Below, piece after piece: positions 26,301-31,608 of a stretch of DNA of 64,000 bases. Location: IMG/VR virus record IMGVR_UViG_3300012665_000704, positions 9,470 through 73,469 of that record. One strand, given 5' to 3'. The position numbers were made by a program, and so were the translations under genes. The notes beneath the pieces were generated by a model that searched no databases, was not told where the DNA came from, and worked only from the letters and a program-made list of their open reading frames with translations. The first letter of the stretch is position 1. Each line of letters opens with the position of its first letter. This DNA comes from a virus (Duplodnaviria > Caudoviricetes).

Positions 26301-29300
26301 GAATGGGGTAGCGTACCATAACGGAATATATATTGCAGTAGGTAATAATATTATTTCATCTACTGATTTGTATTCATGGGTTGAGCGTTATGCATTCACA
26401 AGCACTACATTATCAAATGTATTAAAAGATGTTGCTTATGTTAGCACTCCTGGATATACTGGATTTGTTGCAGTTGGATTAGGTCAGCGTTTAGTTAGTG
26501 GAACAGCAGTAAATGTCGCATTAATATTCACTAGTACGGACGGTTATAACTGGAATCAAGTATCGTTTACTGACACAGTATTCTCATTAAATGCAATTGC
26601 ATCAAACAGCGGTAGCATTGTTGCAGTTGGTGATGATGGTATTATTTATACTAGTTTCAATACTATTAACTGGTTCGCACAAACATCACCAGTGTCAGAA
26701 AACTTAAACAATATAATTTGGGATAGTTATAATAATCAATTTGTTGCAGTAGGTGACAATGGAACTATATTGACAGGTGATGCTAATGGCAATACATGGA
26801 CAGCACAAACATCTGGTACAACAGAAAATATTGAAAGTGTTGTTTGGAACAATGACGATGAAATTTATATTGCTGTTGGATTAAACAATACAATTTTACA
26901 AAGTGTCGATGCTATAACATGGGTCTCAATCGCTACATTTGAAGTATTACCTTCAGTCTATGATATACAAGGTGATGCATTTACTGCAGGCTATGGTCCG
27001 GAAGAAATGGTTCCTGGGGTAGTATCTGATACTATTACTATGACTGTTGCGACCCGTCCAGGAACTAACTGGGACGAAACTGTTTATCAACATGTTGGCT
27101 ATAATGTAGTATCTATTGAATTATCACCAATTAACGCACTGCAAACAGAGTACAGTTTTGTAAATGTAACCTCAACTCCTGCACAAGCAAGCGTGTTTAT
27201 TATTGACTATACAACAGAGTTAAGCACAACAATTTATGAAGGTATCGACTATACAATAGATTGGGTCAACAAAGTTGTGACTTTAACAACTCCATTAAGT
27301 TTCGTTACAGTAGGTACCTCAGATAGATTGCGTATTGATGTATATGAAGTTGGTAACGGTGATCAGTTAGTAAAAGCAAATACAGAGACTGATCCTATTA
27401 GATTAAACACCACTACTGGATTTCAAGAAATATATGTAAATGCTAATTATAGTGCAGACATTTATCAAGGTTCAGGTATTATTAGACCTGATACTAATCC
27501 ACTAGAAGCGATAGCGATTGCGACCGATGAAATAACGGACGCAATTACTTGTGAAAGTGTTGAGAATTTCGTATTGAACGGCACAATTACTTTTAGTGGA
27601 GCAGTGTTTGGTGGAATTGTAGAAGACCAAGTTTATTATGTAAAATCTATTAGTTATGTATCAAATAGAATTACTATTTCTGAAATATTTAATACAGGTT
27701 CAGGCACTGCAGGAGCAACGTTCCCGTTGACTACTGCAACCGGATTAATGACTGCAATTATTCAAGTTGGTACCGGTACAGTATGGACAACACCTAGCGT
27801 GTTCCACAATGGTACTAAGTTGGTATTGGGTCATACTGCAAATATAACTAGAACTAAATCAGGAACCAATACTATAACTACAAATACTACCGGTGACTTA
27901 GTTCCTAATCTATCTATTAAGTTTAGTTCAACTATGTTTGGTGGAGTAATCGTACCGTTACAAACATATTACATTAAAACAATTTATGATGGAAATGAAT
28001 TTACAATTTCAGAAACACCAGGTGGCGCAGAATTAGAATTGACTAACGCTACAGGTGGTGCAATCTTCATATCAGGTGATTATGCAATTGGTATTGCAGA
28101 TAATGGAATTTCTGCTGCGGTGTTGTTGGCAAATGAATATGATGCATTAACAGACTATATCACTTATACTTTCTTTGGACAAACATTACCTGTACAGTAT
28201 GGTTATACAATCCCAGAAGTGCAACTATTTGAGGGTGATGGATCAACCGCATCATTCACATTAACTAATTATGTGGGTGATAGTAATGTTACAAGTGCAA
28301 TTGTTGAAATTGATGGTGTAAGACAAACTATTTCTGCCTATACTATAAGTGCAATCTCTAACACTATATTGTTCAACACACCTCCGTCAAACGGATCAAC
28401 TATAGCAGTTACCTCATATAATTTGACAGACCGTCAATATTTTAATACACAGTATGGCATTACAGGTTCTTCTGGTGCAACTACGACTACTATCGTAGTC
28501 AGTGACACAACTCATAGCGTGGGCACGTTTGACCAAGATACTCCAACTGCTCAGACATTTGACCAAGATACTCCTAGTGTAGTTTTATATGATCAAGAAT
28601 TAGATTGGCTAACATTGGGTTCAGGCTCAACAAGTAGTCTATCAATTAATTTCCCAATCGTATTCCAAGCACCAACTTTAGGTGGATTAATTGCTGGACA
28701 AATTTATTATGTGGTAGAAATATTAAATTCAACTGATTTTGTTGTGTCTACTCAGGTAGATGGAACACCTACAACAGTTACTACTGATAGTGGTTCAATG
28801 AATGGTGTGGTTAATGGATTAACAGTCGCTAATATAATTAATATTAATAATGCTATTTCTAGTCCTTTGGCAACTGTGTTAGTAACTGGAACTACTGGTG
28901 GTGCATCAGATTATGTAGTGTGTGGTTCTACAACTGGATTAATTGTAAATCAACCAATTATATTTAAAGCCGCAATAACTACTGCTGGATCATTCACAGT
29001 AGGTGACACTTATAAAATTACTACACTAACCGGTACTTCACAAGTGCAGTGGAACACTACTGCTGGAACTTCGGGAGTAACATATGTAGTGGGTGATATA
29101 TTCACAGCCGCAACAGTGGGTGCTGGTACTGGTCAAGCATTGTTAACTAACTTAGGTGGAATCGACACATTAGGTGAAGTTTACTTTATTCGTTCTGTTG
29201 CAAGTGGAACTGAATTTACAATTAAAGATCAGTATGGTGCATTAGTTAATCTAACTACTGCTAGCGGTAGCTTAGTTGGGTTTATGGGTGGTCTATCTGC

Positions 29301-30789
29301 AATTAGTGTAACAACTGGTATAGATCATAATTTATCAGAAAATGAGATAGTTCGTATTGATGGAACATTAGGTTCAGTACAACTTAATAATAATACTTAT
29401 TATGCTAAGATAGTAACAGATACTATATTCATGTTGTATGATCAACCCTATAATCCGGCACTGAATGCAGTTAACTATCCAGTAACATTCTCATCTACTT
29501 ATATATCAGGTGGTTATGCTTGGTTGGATGGATTATTTACTATATCATGCACGAATACAATTAGTACTTCTTCTACTGGAAATAGAATTACAGTAGATAG
29601 CACTGAGTCATTAATTCCTAATACTCCTATATACTTTACTTCAATAGGTGAAAGTCAAGGTACTGACATATTAGGAAATATCCTAGCAAAAACTGAATAT
29701 TATGTTTTAGCGGTAAGACCTGAAGTAATTGCTGACGATTTCATCGTTGGTAATGAATATCAGATTGTAGACCTTGGTGATACTGATTGGAATACTTGTG
29801 CTGGAACAAGTAGTGTTACGTATGCAATTGGAGACACTTTTGTTGCAGCCGCAACTGATCCAGGAACTACCGGCATCGCAATCGGTTTACAAGAGTTTAC
29901 TATTACTGAAACTAGATTCCCTAATGACGCTGAAGTTGTATTAACTGATGCTACTGGTTCAGTTGATGTTTCACAATTCCAGCAAGTTAATGTTGATAGA
30001 TTGTGGGTAACAATAAATGGATACAGAGTTCCTTCTTCATTGTTAAGAATTAATGAATATAATAATTTAAGTATTCTGTCAACTGTTAGTACCGGCGATG
30101 AAATTGTTATTACAAGCATGATGCCAACAGCAACACCGAATGAAAATGTATATTTGTTAAATGTAACGACTACTAATCAACCTACAGTTTATAGAGCAAA
30201 TACTCAAACTAGAACTTGGTTAACTCAACCATTGAGTTTCACGGATGAAGTTATTTACTTAAATGATGCTACTAGGGTTACTGATTCTATCGTACAAGAA
30301 GTAATTGCGCCCGCGCCAGTTGACAGTAAATATAATATTGGATTAGAAGCTAATAAAAATGTAATATGTCACGTGACCGTTTACAACAATACAACTTCAA
30401 CTCTAGTAGATCCTGCTAATTTTGAAATTATTATTGTTGATTTAGCTCCAATATTACAGATTTCCGATGAAGTAAGCACTGGAGATTCGTTGACAGTGAC
30501 TACACTTGAAGGAAGATTGTTGTTTGTTAATGGAGAACAGATTGCGTTTGCTGAATGTGATATTGTAAATAATACAGTCAGTGGATTAACTAGAGGGGCA
30601 AATGGTACAGGGGAACAAACGTTTATCCCGTTATATTCTGAAGTATTTGGTATTATTCCTAATAACAGAATGACTAATGTAACCTACGGGGATGTGTGGA
30701 ATTCTTACATTTATAATCCAATAGACGGGGATCCATTGCAAATTAGTCAGACTACAGGTGCAAATTTCTTAAAAGTGGATAGAAGTTAA
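11398..30789 (+). CDS. Giant (6463 aa) baseplate wedge/fibre structural protein with repeated beta-modules and beta-propeller-like regions
   Basis: Uninterrupted 19.4-kb ORF after gp6. Contains an EVKPYH motif (gp7-like KP.H), FG-GAP-like repeats (FGFSIA, VIGAP, LVGAP), BNR-like SxDGxxW/AVGxxGxI repeats and about 13 copies of a PVxFxGxxxGG...YYV module. Confidence 0.75.
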   Translation: MATRIRTLNFLPEIFKTQTNAQFLAATLDQLVAQPNTKKIQGYVGSKFGYGVNATDYYVTEPTKVRTDYQLDPGVVFLKENDTTANDFISYPGIVDGLKLEGGLTPDNNRLFNSQFYSWDSFTNLDKIINFNEYYWLPDGPDRVVISTDVVFNSSNYLVQSLSNEYLISSESQSATSNPTLTLLRGGSYTFSVNQNTQFWIQGEPGVTGYSPTQPNVQTRDVFGVTNNGAENGVITFEVPAQNALNEYNFPPGPAVGVVSSLPFSQVNGARVTEIGGIDGVTALDGLTVMFYNTGIADEIGYIQKFYDQTLFDEDGGVSYDEATDYPGTSEFYNNYEGGFYSPVNSNFYTITLLGDQSNPIIQLTPAGTIPTNQTITPTFGSEWVNRNFYRSVDGAIALVPYNSAILDTLYYQDGTNPNKVGIIKLANSNVSNSLDVVTEILGKPQYTAPNGVVFTNGLKVLFQGNITPEIYNNTEFYVEGVGTAIELIPVADLVSPGAFAEGSYIPFDTTPYDVGNFDSSLYLLIDPDYITIARNAINKNAWSRSNRWFHIDVINATATYNNNPELASVATIYNKASRPIIEFYPNLSLFDSGVIGKQPIDFIDFRTTDAFTLVAGQPTYYPDVAGYTDYTATIAPVTSAITSKTATQTVGLVNQVILSPNTTGIHVNDTIVFGLVTAGSFVSGTTYKIVTSGNTDFTAIGASSNAVGTVFVASGAGSGTGTAGDVDSEFGGLTSGVTYYINEIVGSRITVSTEKQGSNIVLTSASGSMVTSIYPYSTNITIATSEVFGLFEVGQYIADSTGILPAVTFITAITEVGSNTILTVSWYNQEVITGTSVASIVSADTTLSNYALFDGARVVFAADTNLSVRDKIYVSRFSSIDGTGTPVITLTEAFDGQVLADEQTSVYRGYNYKGKDFYFNAENWQQAQQKITINQAPKFDIYDENGISFGDSTVYIGTSFTGCSLFQYGLGTGISDPVLGFPLRYSTVSNIGDISFDVTLDSQTFNYVQGTNPITQKVNTGYVYNYTSRTSFVRQLGWQTAVSPSVQYQIFEFNWSIDNPITNFTCDIAPVSSSSTNWPTVQVYINNTYLPETDFTVSTTGDTTTVTIPQIDAVDTVVQVLILSDQVSSTAYYQIPINLSNNPFNEDILTVNIGDIRGQYQSMFFNNPNTMGPVFGRNNFRDLGNLVPWGNRIIQNSASLVLPGTFLRKQNHNLFNSILYNSRQYITFKNLLIDTVNNTDYNRMLSPAEMLDDAMDQITSTKTDSQPFFWSDMLPSKAPYISNTYSFANTLDVSIYPLSRIYDFDKANYYGVLVYLIRDGVTSQLIFGVDYTVSTSAPSLTVTLDLLANDQIVINEYNQTYGSYVPNTPTKLGLYPSTIPAVVVDTAYFEPTYFIVGHDGSYNKLFGPYDSTTGQLEDFRDQVLLEYETRIYNNLKLSNVIPIQTYEVIPGFFRDLQYSYDEFLEVYSESFLDWVGQNRVDYKRQFYNSTNEFSYNYRNSGNKVNREPIQQGYFRGLYLYYYDTPTPDVTPWQMIGYTDQPTWWTERYGPAPYTSDNLILWNDLAEGIDWNNGNPVVITEYIRPELLQVLPVDSNGDLVSPLASIVGNYNNNIFNRDWKVGDVGPTEFSYRRSSTWPFDLMRLYALAKPANFFNLAVDVDNYKYSAEFDQYLVNNRSHLQLGDIPIYGLGTPATSYINWIVDFEKQVGIDATTDITTLLKNLDVRLVYRVAGFSDKNLLKFYVEKSSANTTNSSLLIPDESYSVLLYDNQPFDRIVYSGVVIQITENGYQVYGNSQTNAYFKILLPKNSGYSETIEVENLSVRIADQYSDKVGIIPYGTEFYSVQEVAQFLSSYGKYLESQGMKFDQIENGIPVNWAQMIAEFLYWSQIGWEVGSITTINPSASTLVIDKDSSVVQPLTVRQRNFVLNQNLFPIQSIDLNVVRQDTAFTAQPLNQGDAISYGQFNISNFEHGIVFDNVTLFNDIIYNLITGLRQYRVSVRGTKTADWNGTVDAAGFILNQDNIQEWNREIKYTKGEIVLYKNRYWTSLTIVQPKVLFDERDWKETNYNEIQKGLLPNSQTRSFESTLYYNTDSANLENDADLLSFSLIGYRPRDYLALADLTDITQVNVYKNMIKEKGTLNAASAFKGANLPQGGINYDIYENWAIKSGEFGGVLNNNFVEFNLNQASLTGNPSIVGLTDGIFTDGVQQEVPLYSIFNYGRPITSPNILPTISATEPSALFPTAGYVNYNDVKMSSYYYSGLATATNASGTIVPINEFYVRDYVWLANYLSDWRVYTPVSLGSIINAKNNLNGTVTITFSQAHNLTRFELFGITNFDVAINNYYLVAAVVDPFRVIINLSLNPSTLNIVGEGIGLRMQSQRVATAPEIVDLPLLNNEFTKSKVWVDENNDGSWAVYRKSLNYQYDAEIIRSSSQTFGSAVAYTTPMGYLIGDADVGAVYRYTFNAEANTYTLDQAITNSASFGSYISYADDLFVISEPTSGSPKVYVYQLITTTLIDNLDPYQTISAPGGVTDWGSTTAISGDQNWLYISDTGNARVYAYRKSTITNLYESVGYISVAGLTSADNFGFSIATDYYGDTVVIGAPDQDYDVNTDNYGYTYVFARTVQNFIAPSTSQPYTPQTFALSWSPVTVTQTATATDSTNDRITITSSAGFSVNDPVVFSGDILSSGAIAQNTVYYVYDKPTSTTFRIASTRNAAAPIELATASGPPNMTVTVQTTPLFVNINGTLLEDDTYAVIGSTLYVYSGLTPTLNAGDILSVSGSNFVLTQTLDNGQTPRVGVQFGQSVDTNTYANEILVGAPFELSADNYEGAIHRFTNGGEKYGFIIGTTDCNITTPRTILINGYQVILPIGNATNASNFINAANIPNVSATSIDGKLVIQLVDIAIGFAGSKLSLTVLDSATPAEMGINIYTATQTIACPHLTGPTQFGSVIKFNEFDSFIASAPTGTRYSATTFDFTDDELDNDTVFDNNATQWIDTFANAGAVYMFDYISAYNESLNNPGKFVYAQSTNAENIDYGSQPYYGQALDFNDNRVTVGTPNFRPGYDNGQVVAYTSTSTEQDWAVYRSSAPIVDINGIANIQLFSASSNTTLDNLDYFDPLQGKLLGAIRENIDVVSNSDPAAYNSPNSTQRGLVWGADKVGQLWFDTSNTRFVNYHQNDIVYNSQYWGRIFSGSDVAVYSWIVSNVSPLDYIGPGIPYNIDTYTVNGVINAEGTIVPLYYFWVRNTNIVFEKTGKTLADSTLEAYISQPQNTGISYFAPLQPDIFALYNSGDYLNGNDTVLHIGYATGTNDDPIHNQYELIRADYADDFLPGVPGSGAGYQARSSVGITEPISLYNRMLDSMCGVDNAGAVVPNPFLPKAVQTGVLARPRQSFFYDRYDALKNYLQYANEVLAQFPITEIRNPSFLNTTGATNPSTVDNPDWTGSVLPFYDTTNYWSYINWWAPGYDNNTKSALQVSIYADLSTLTVTPGTIVTVATNGNGNSETYIYNIDGSWTRIGLTNGTIEFSSALWDYSTYRLGFGDNFFDTTPYDEYPSEETRYIIRSLNEEIYNNELLIFRNKSLILLFEYIQSETSENQNYLPWLNKTSFLDVAHTIRELRPIEVFQSDNELFLEGYMNEVKPYHVVIKEFLFKYTGTDVYEGDITDFDLPAQYNSSVQQFITPELVYSNPNGDNQYLPNDPIWQTAPYSQWFNNHGVSIVGENDYPISVLTSYVATNSNSCYVDNVTGFPVTGTILIGTELIGYSSVNLLTNQLLGLARGLENTVIQQHIPGETIFIDLPAVLVLNAGRLYDNPPKITAIIDTTIYPEPTVPAQFEAVMGLGTVIGVNVINPGQGYAVLPKIEIDPAIVVEVNSTQVNISNNTIELTIPILQTGDLIVYQPGTTSTVIGGLTSGQKYYVNLLEVSPAPIIALYASYIDAERDHNRVVLTSTGSGVQKLNLGAVASCITSSAPVRENSINLRFDRTSYTSQVTEWASGDFYGSFYAGTYSNSDQVSSSSIALQSTQPPIDTILASAQGATFEILDATNDQTLTWSSRTRETVQTYGPATLYPNAIRINPSTGGSPVAGELGSTIGFYIGMPVKFVGATVGNLVNETTYYVKSLIDLPNLVTSNLEATGFTVSATVDEDGVPGSTFVLSTATVTAAGLPMFVGEVTNTAVLTINYSGIRNATVTTAGTNTITVLLTATGQNGTNGLYTGIPVYFTGDVFGGISENEIYYVTTVTGPQTFTMSTQTNPTTLTITETDSGTDAITCESTLSLSVNEPVVFTGDVFGNIVAGTQYYIRELFSGNITFSISETINGPVFALASDTGSCTMTSQKDTVTLQDDTGSMTMNVSLPVSPGQVNGQLFTLYPTSQQYINQTGVVTNLIEREISATLSTVNRLCLSTFSGGILNLYNNFDFDVASNIGGLTTSGGPYTVTNTGTTIVNVSSTSSSGNWLTVPLDTNPYTTDVLYSGMPIIFSGVSLGGVLLNVVYYVDTIDGSPPVGSGRFTISETSDFSSGIFVVTNDNGDMIGTGEPFIQVADTLSDATGPVMLTQVVGTTPTFDVSYILGGYRVTIQNSGSGYAIDNTITILGTNLGGTTPDNDLVMTVSSVNATGGIVSTICNGTPAGTIDQYYFKVVSENQVEVYENEALSVPVSGQNFPYGGITSTTATVATASNDRFTVTSSADFSINDPVVFTGTVFGGITLGQTYYIKSKPTGTTVTITETVDGTVFNITTDATGSMTMAKSGDYALLPEPFFFSPSIVKYNNRVYQCIISNNDPEFILGKWELLDPGSRKLNGLDRVIAYYRPTVNMPGVDLTQLVTGITYPNSTYLGNAFAPDDEFTVDVNLTDQPFYPTGIDLSTIIWNGITYLAGSNAETYSSINLSETGSSWIINKIANQSIGVTDLLFAGGRYVLTSTNPATPILISDNGLTWITNGTFTPFDSTPYDLTTFDISSVSVPSLLLNGVAYHNGIYIAVGNNIISSTDLYSWVERYAFTSTTLSNVLKDVAYVSTPGYTGFVAVGLGQRLVSGTAVNVALIFTSTDGYNWNQVSFTDTVFSLNAIASNSGSIVAVGDDGIIYTSFNTINWFAQTSPVSENLNNIIWDSYNNQFVAVGDNGTILTGDANGNTWTAQTSGTTENIESVVWNNDDEIYIAVGLNNTILQSVDAITWVSIATFEVLPSVYDIQGDAFTAGYGPEEMVPGVVSDTITMTVATRPGTNWDETVYQHVGYNVVSIELSPINALQTEYSFVNVTSTPAQASVFIIDYTTELSTTIYEGIDYTIDWVNKVVTLTTPLSFVTVGTSDRLRIDVYEVGNGDQLVKANTETDPIRLNTTTGFQEIYVNANYSADIYQGSGIIRPDTNPLEAIAIATDEITDAITCESVENFVLNGTITFSGAVFGGIVEDQVYYVKSISYVSNRITISEIFNTGSGTAGATFPLTTATGLMTAIIQVGTGTVWTTPSVFHNGTKLVLGHTANITRTKSGTNTITTNTTGDLVPNLSIKFSSTMFGGVIVPLQTYYIKTIYDGNEFTISETPGGAELELTNATGGAIFISGDYAIGIADNGISAAVLLANEYDALTDYITYTFFGQTLPVQYGYTIPEVQLFEGDGSTASFTLTNYVGDSNVTSAIVEIDGVRQTISAYTISAISNTILFNTPPSNGSTIAVTSYNLTDRQYFNTQYGITGSSGATTTTIVVSDTTHSVGTFDQDTPTAQTFDQDTPSVVLYDQELDWLTLGSGSTSSLSINFPIVFQAPTLGGLIAGQIYYVVEILNSTDFVVSTQVDGTPTTVTTDSGSMNGVVNGLTVANIININNAISSPLATVLVTGTTGGASDYVVCGSTTGLIVNQPIIFKAAITTAGSFTVGDTYKITTLTGTSQVQWNTTAGTSGVTYVVGDIFTAATVGAGTGQALLTNLGGIDTLGEVYFIRSVASGTEFTIKDQYGALVNLTTASGSLVGFMGGLSAISVTTGIDHNLSENEIVRIDGTLGSVQLNNNTYYAKIVTDTIFMLYDQPYNPALNAVNYPVTFSSTYISGGYAWLDGLFTISCTNTISTSSTGNRITVDSTESLIPNTPIYFTSIGESQGTDILGNILAKTEYYVLAVRPEVIADDFIVGNEYQIVDLGDTDWNTCAGTSSVTYAIGDTFVAAATDPGTTGIAIGLQEFTITETRFPNDAEVVLTDATGSVDVSQFQQVNVDRLWVTINGYRVPSSLLRINEYNNLSILSTVSTGDEIVITSMMPTATPNENVYLLNVTTTNQPTVYRANTQTRTWLTQPLSFTDEVIYLNDATRVTDSIVQEVIAPAPVDSKYNIGLEANKNVICHVTVYNNTTSTLVDPANFEIIIVDLAPILQISDEVSTGDSLTVTTLEGRLLFVNGEQIAFAECDIVNNTVSGLTRGANGTGEQTFIPLYSEVFGIIPNNRMTNVTYGDVWNSYIYNPIDGDPLQISQTTGANFLKVDRS
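28528..28574 (+). repeat. 17-bp direct repeat with 30-bp period inside the giant ORF
   Basis: TTTGACCAAGATACTCC at 28528-28544 and 28558-28574, encoding FDQDTP twice. Confidence 0.9.
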
Positions 30790-30791
30790 AA

Positions 30792-30799
30792 GATAAATA
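30792..30799 (+). promoter_or_regulatory. T4-late-like promoter motif
   Basis: GATAAATA, 5 nt before the ATG at 30805. Confidence 0.55.
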
Positions 30800-30804
30800 A
30801 ATAT

Positions 30805-30957
30805 ATGAACGAAAACTTGGAAAATTCAAAGCAAGAGCAACCCGAAAAATCTGGGCCAAAACCTAACGAACATGGTGGGTTTTATTTTTCTTCTAGTATT
30901 AAAATAACAGATCCTAATAGCAAAGAAATATTAGTCCACATGCGAGGCGATAACTAA
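30805..30957 (+). CDS. Small hypothetical protein (50 aa), missing from the ORF track
   Basis: MNENLENSKQEQPEKSGPKPNEHGGFYFSSSIKITDPNSKEILVHMRGDN*. Fills the intergenic gap, its stop overlaps the next start (TAATG), and GATAAATA lies 5 nt upstream. Confidence 0.75.
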   Translation: MNENLENSKQEQPEKSGPKPNEHGGFYFSSSIKITDPNSKEILVHMRGDN

Positions 30958-31577
30958 TGTCAGTAATTACACTATCATATAAAATAGAAGGATTTTTAAA
31001 AATCTATGACCCTAACAACGGGGAAATATTTGTAGATAAGAAAAATGCCATCAATTATGAAAATATGTCAGAAGCAATTGCTGACACTCTAAGTAGCCGT
31101 GGATACGGTGAAATATACGAGATGGCGTTTGGTAACGGCGGGGCAAGCGTTTCTGATACCGGTGTCATCACATATTTGCCACCTAATACTACAGGACAAA
31201 ATGCAGCCTTGTATAACCAAACTTACGCTAAAATAGTAGATGATACTAGCGTTTTTAACTTAGACCCAACTAGAAACAAAATGACAGTTTCTCATACGAC
31301 AGGTAAAGTTTATACGGATATTCTAGTGCAATGTTTATTAGATTACGGCGAGCCTGCAGGTCAGGCAGCTTTTGACAATAGTACGTCAACCGATTCAGCA
31401 TATATTTTTGATGAATTGGGTTTACTTGCAAATTACGGTACAGATAATGATGGAAACGTCATTACTAGACTATTAACTCATGTGATTTTTCACCCCGTAC
31501 AAAAGAGTTTAAATAGACAGATTCAAATAGACTACACAGTTAGAATTCAAAGTCTGACTAATTTAGTGACAATATAA
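30957..31577 (+). CDS. Baseplate/tail-collar-like structural protein
   Basis: 206 aa with MAFGNGG, FDELGL and LLTHVIFHPVQKSLNRQIQIDYTVRI motifs; context within the baseplate module. Confidence 0.55.
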   Translation: MSVITLSYKIEGFLKIYDPNNGEIFVDKKNAINYENMSEAIADTLSSRGYGEIYEMAFGNGGASVSDTGVITYLPPNTTGQNAALYNQTYAKIVDDTSVFNLDPTRNKMTVSHTTGKVYTDILVQCLLDYGEPAGQAAFDNSTSTDSAYIFDELGLLANYGTDNDGNVITRLLTHVIFHPVQKSLNRQIQIDYTVRIQSLTNLVTI

Positions 31578-31585
31578 GATAAATA
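31578..31585 (+). promoter_or_regulatory. T4-late-like promoter motif
   Basis: GATAAATA, followed by a GGAG SD and the fibre gene. Confidence 0.55.
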
Positions 31586-31608
31586 ACAGATATCGGAGAA
31601 ATTTTAAA

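Noticed and set aside
11398-30789. Intein or intron explaining the giant ORF length
   Set aside because: No recognisable intein splice-junction or LAGLIDADG/HNH motifs; the length is explained by repeated structural modules.
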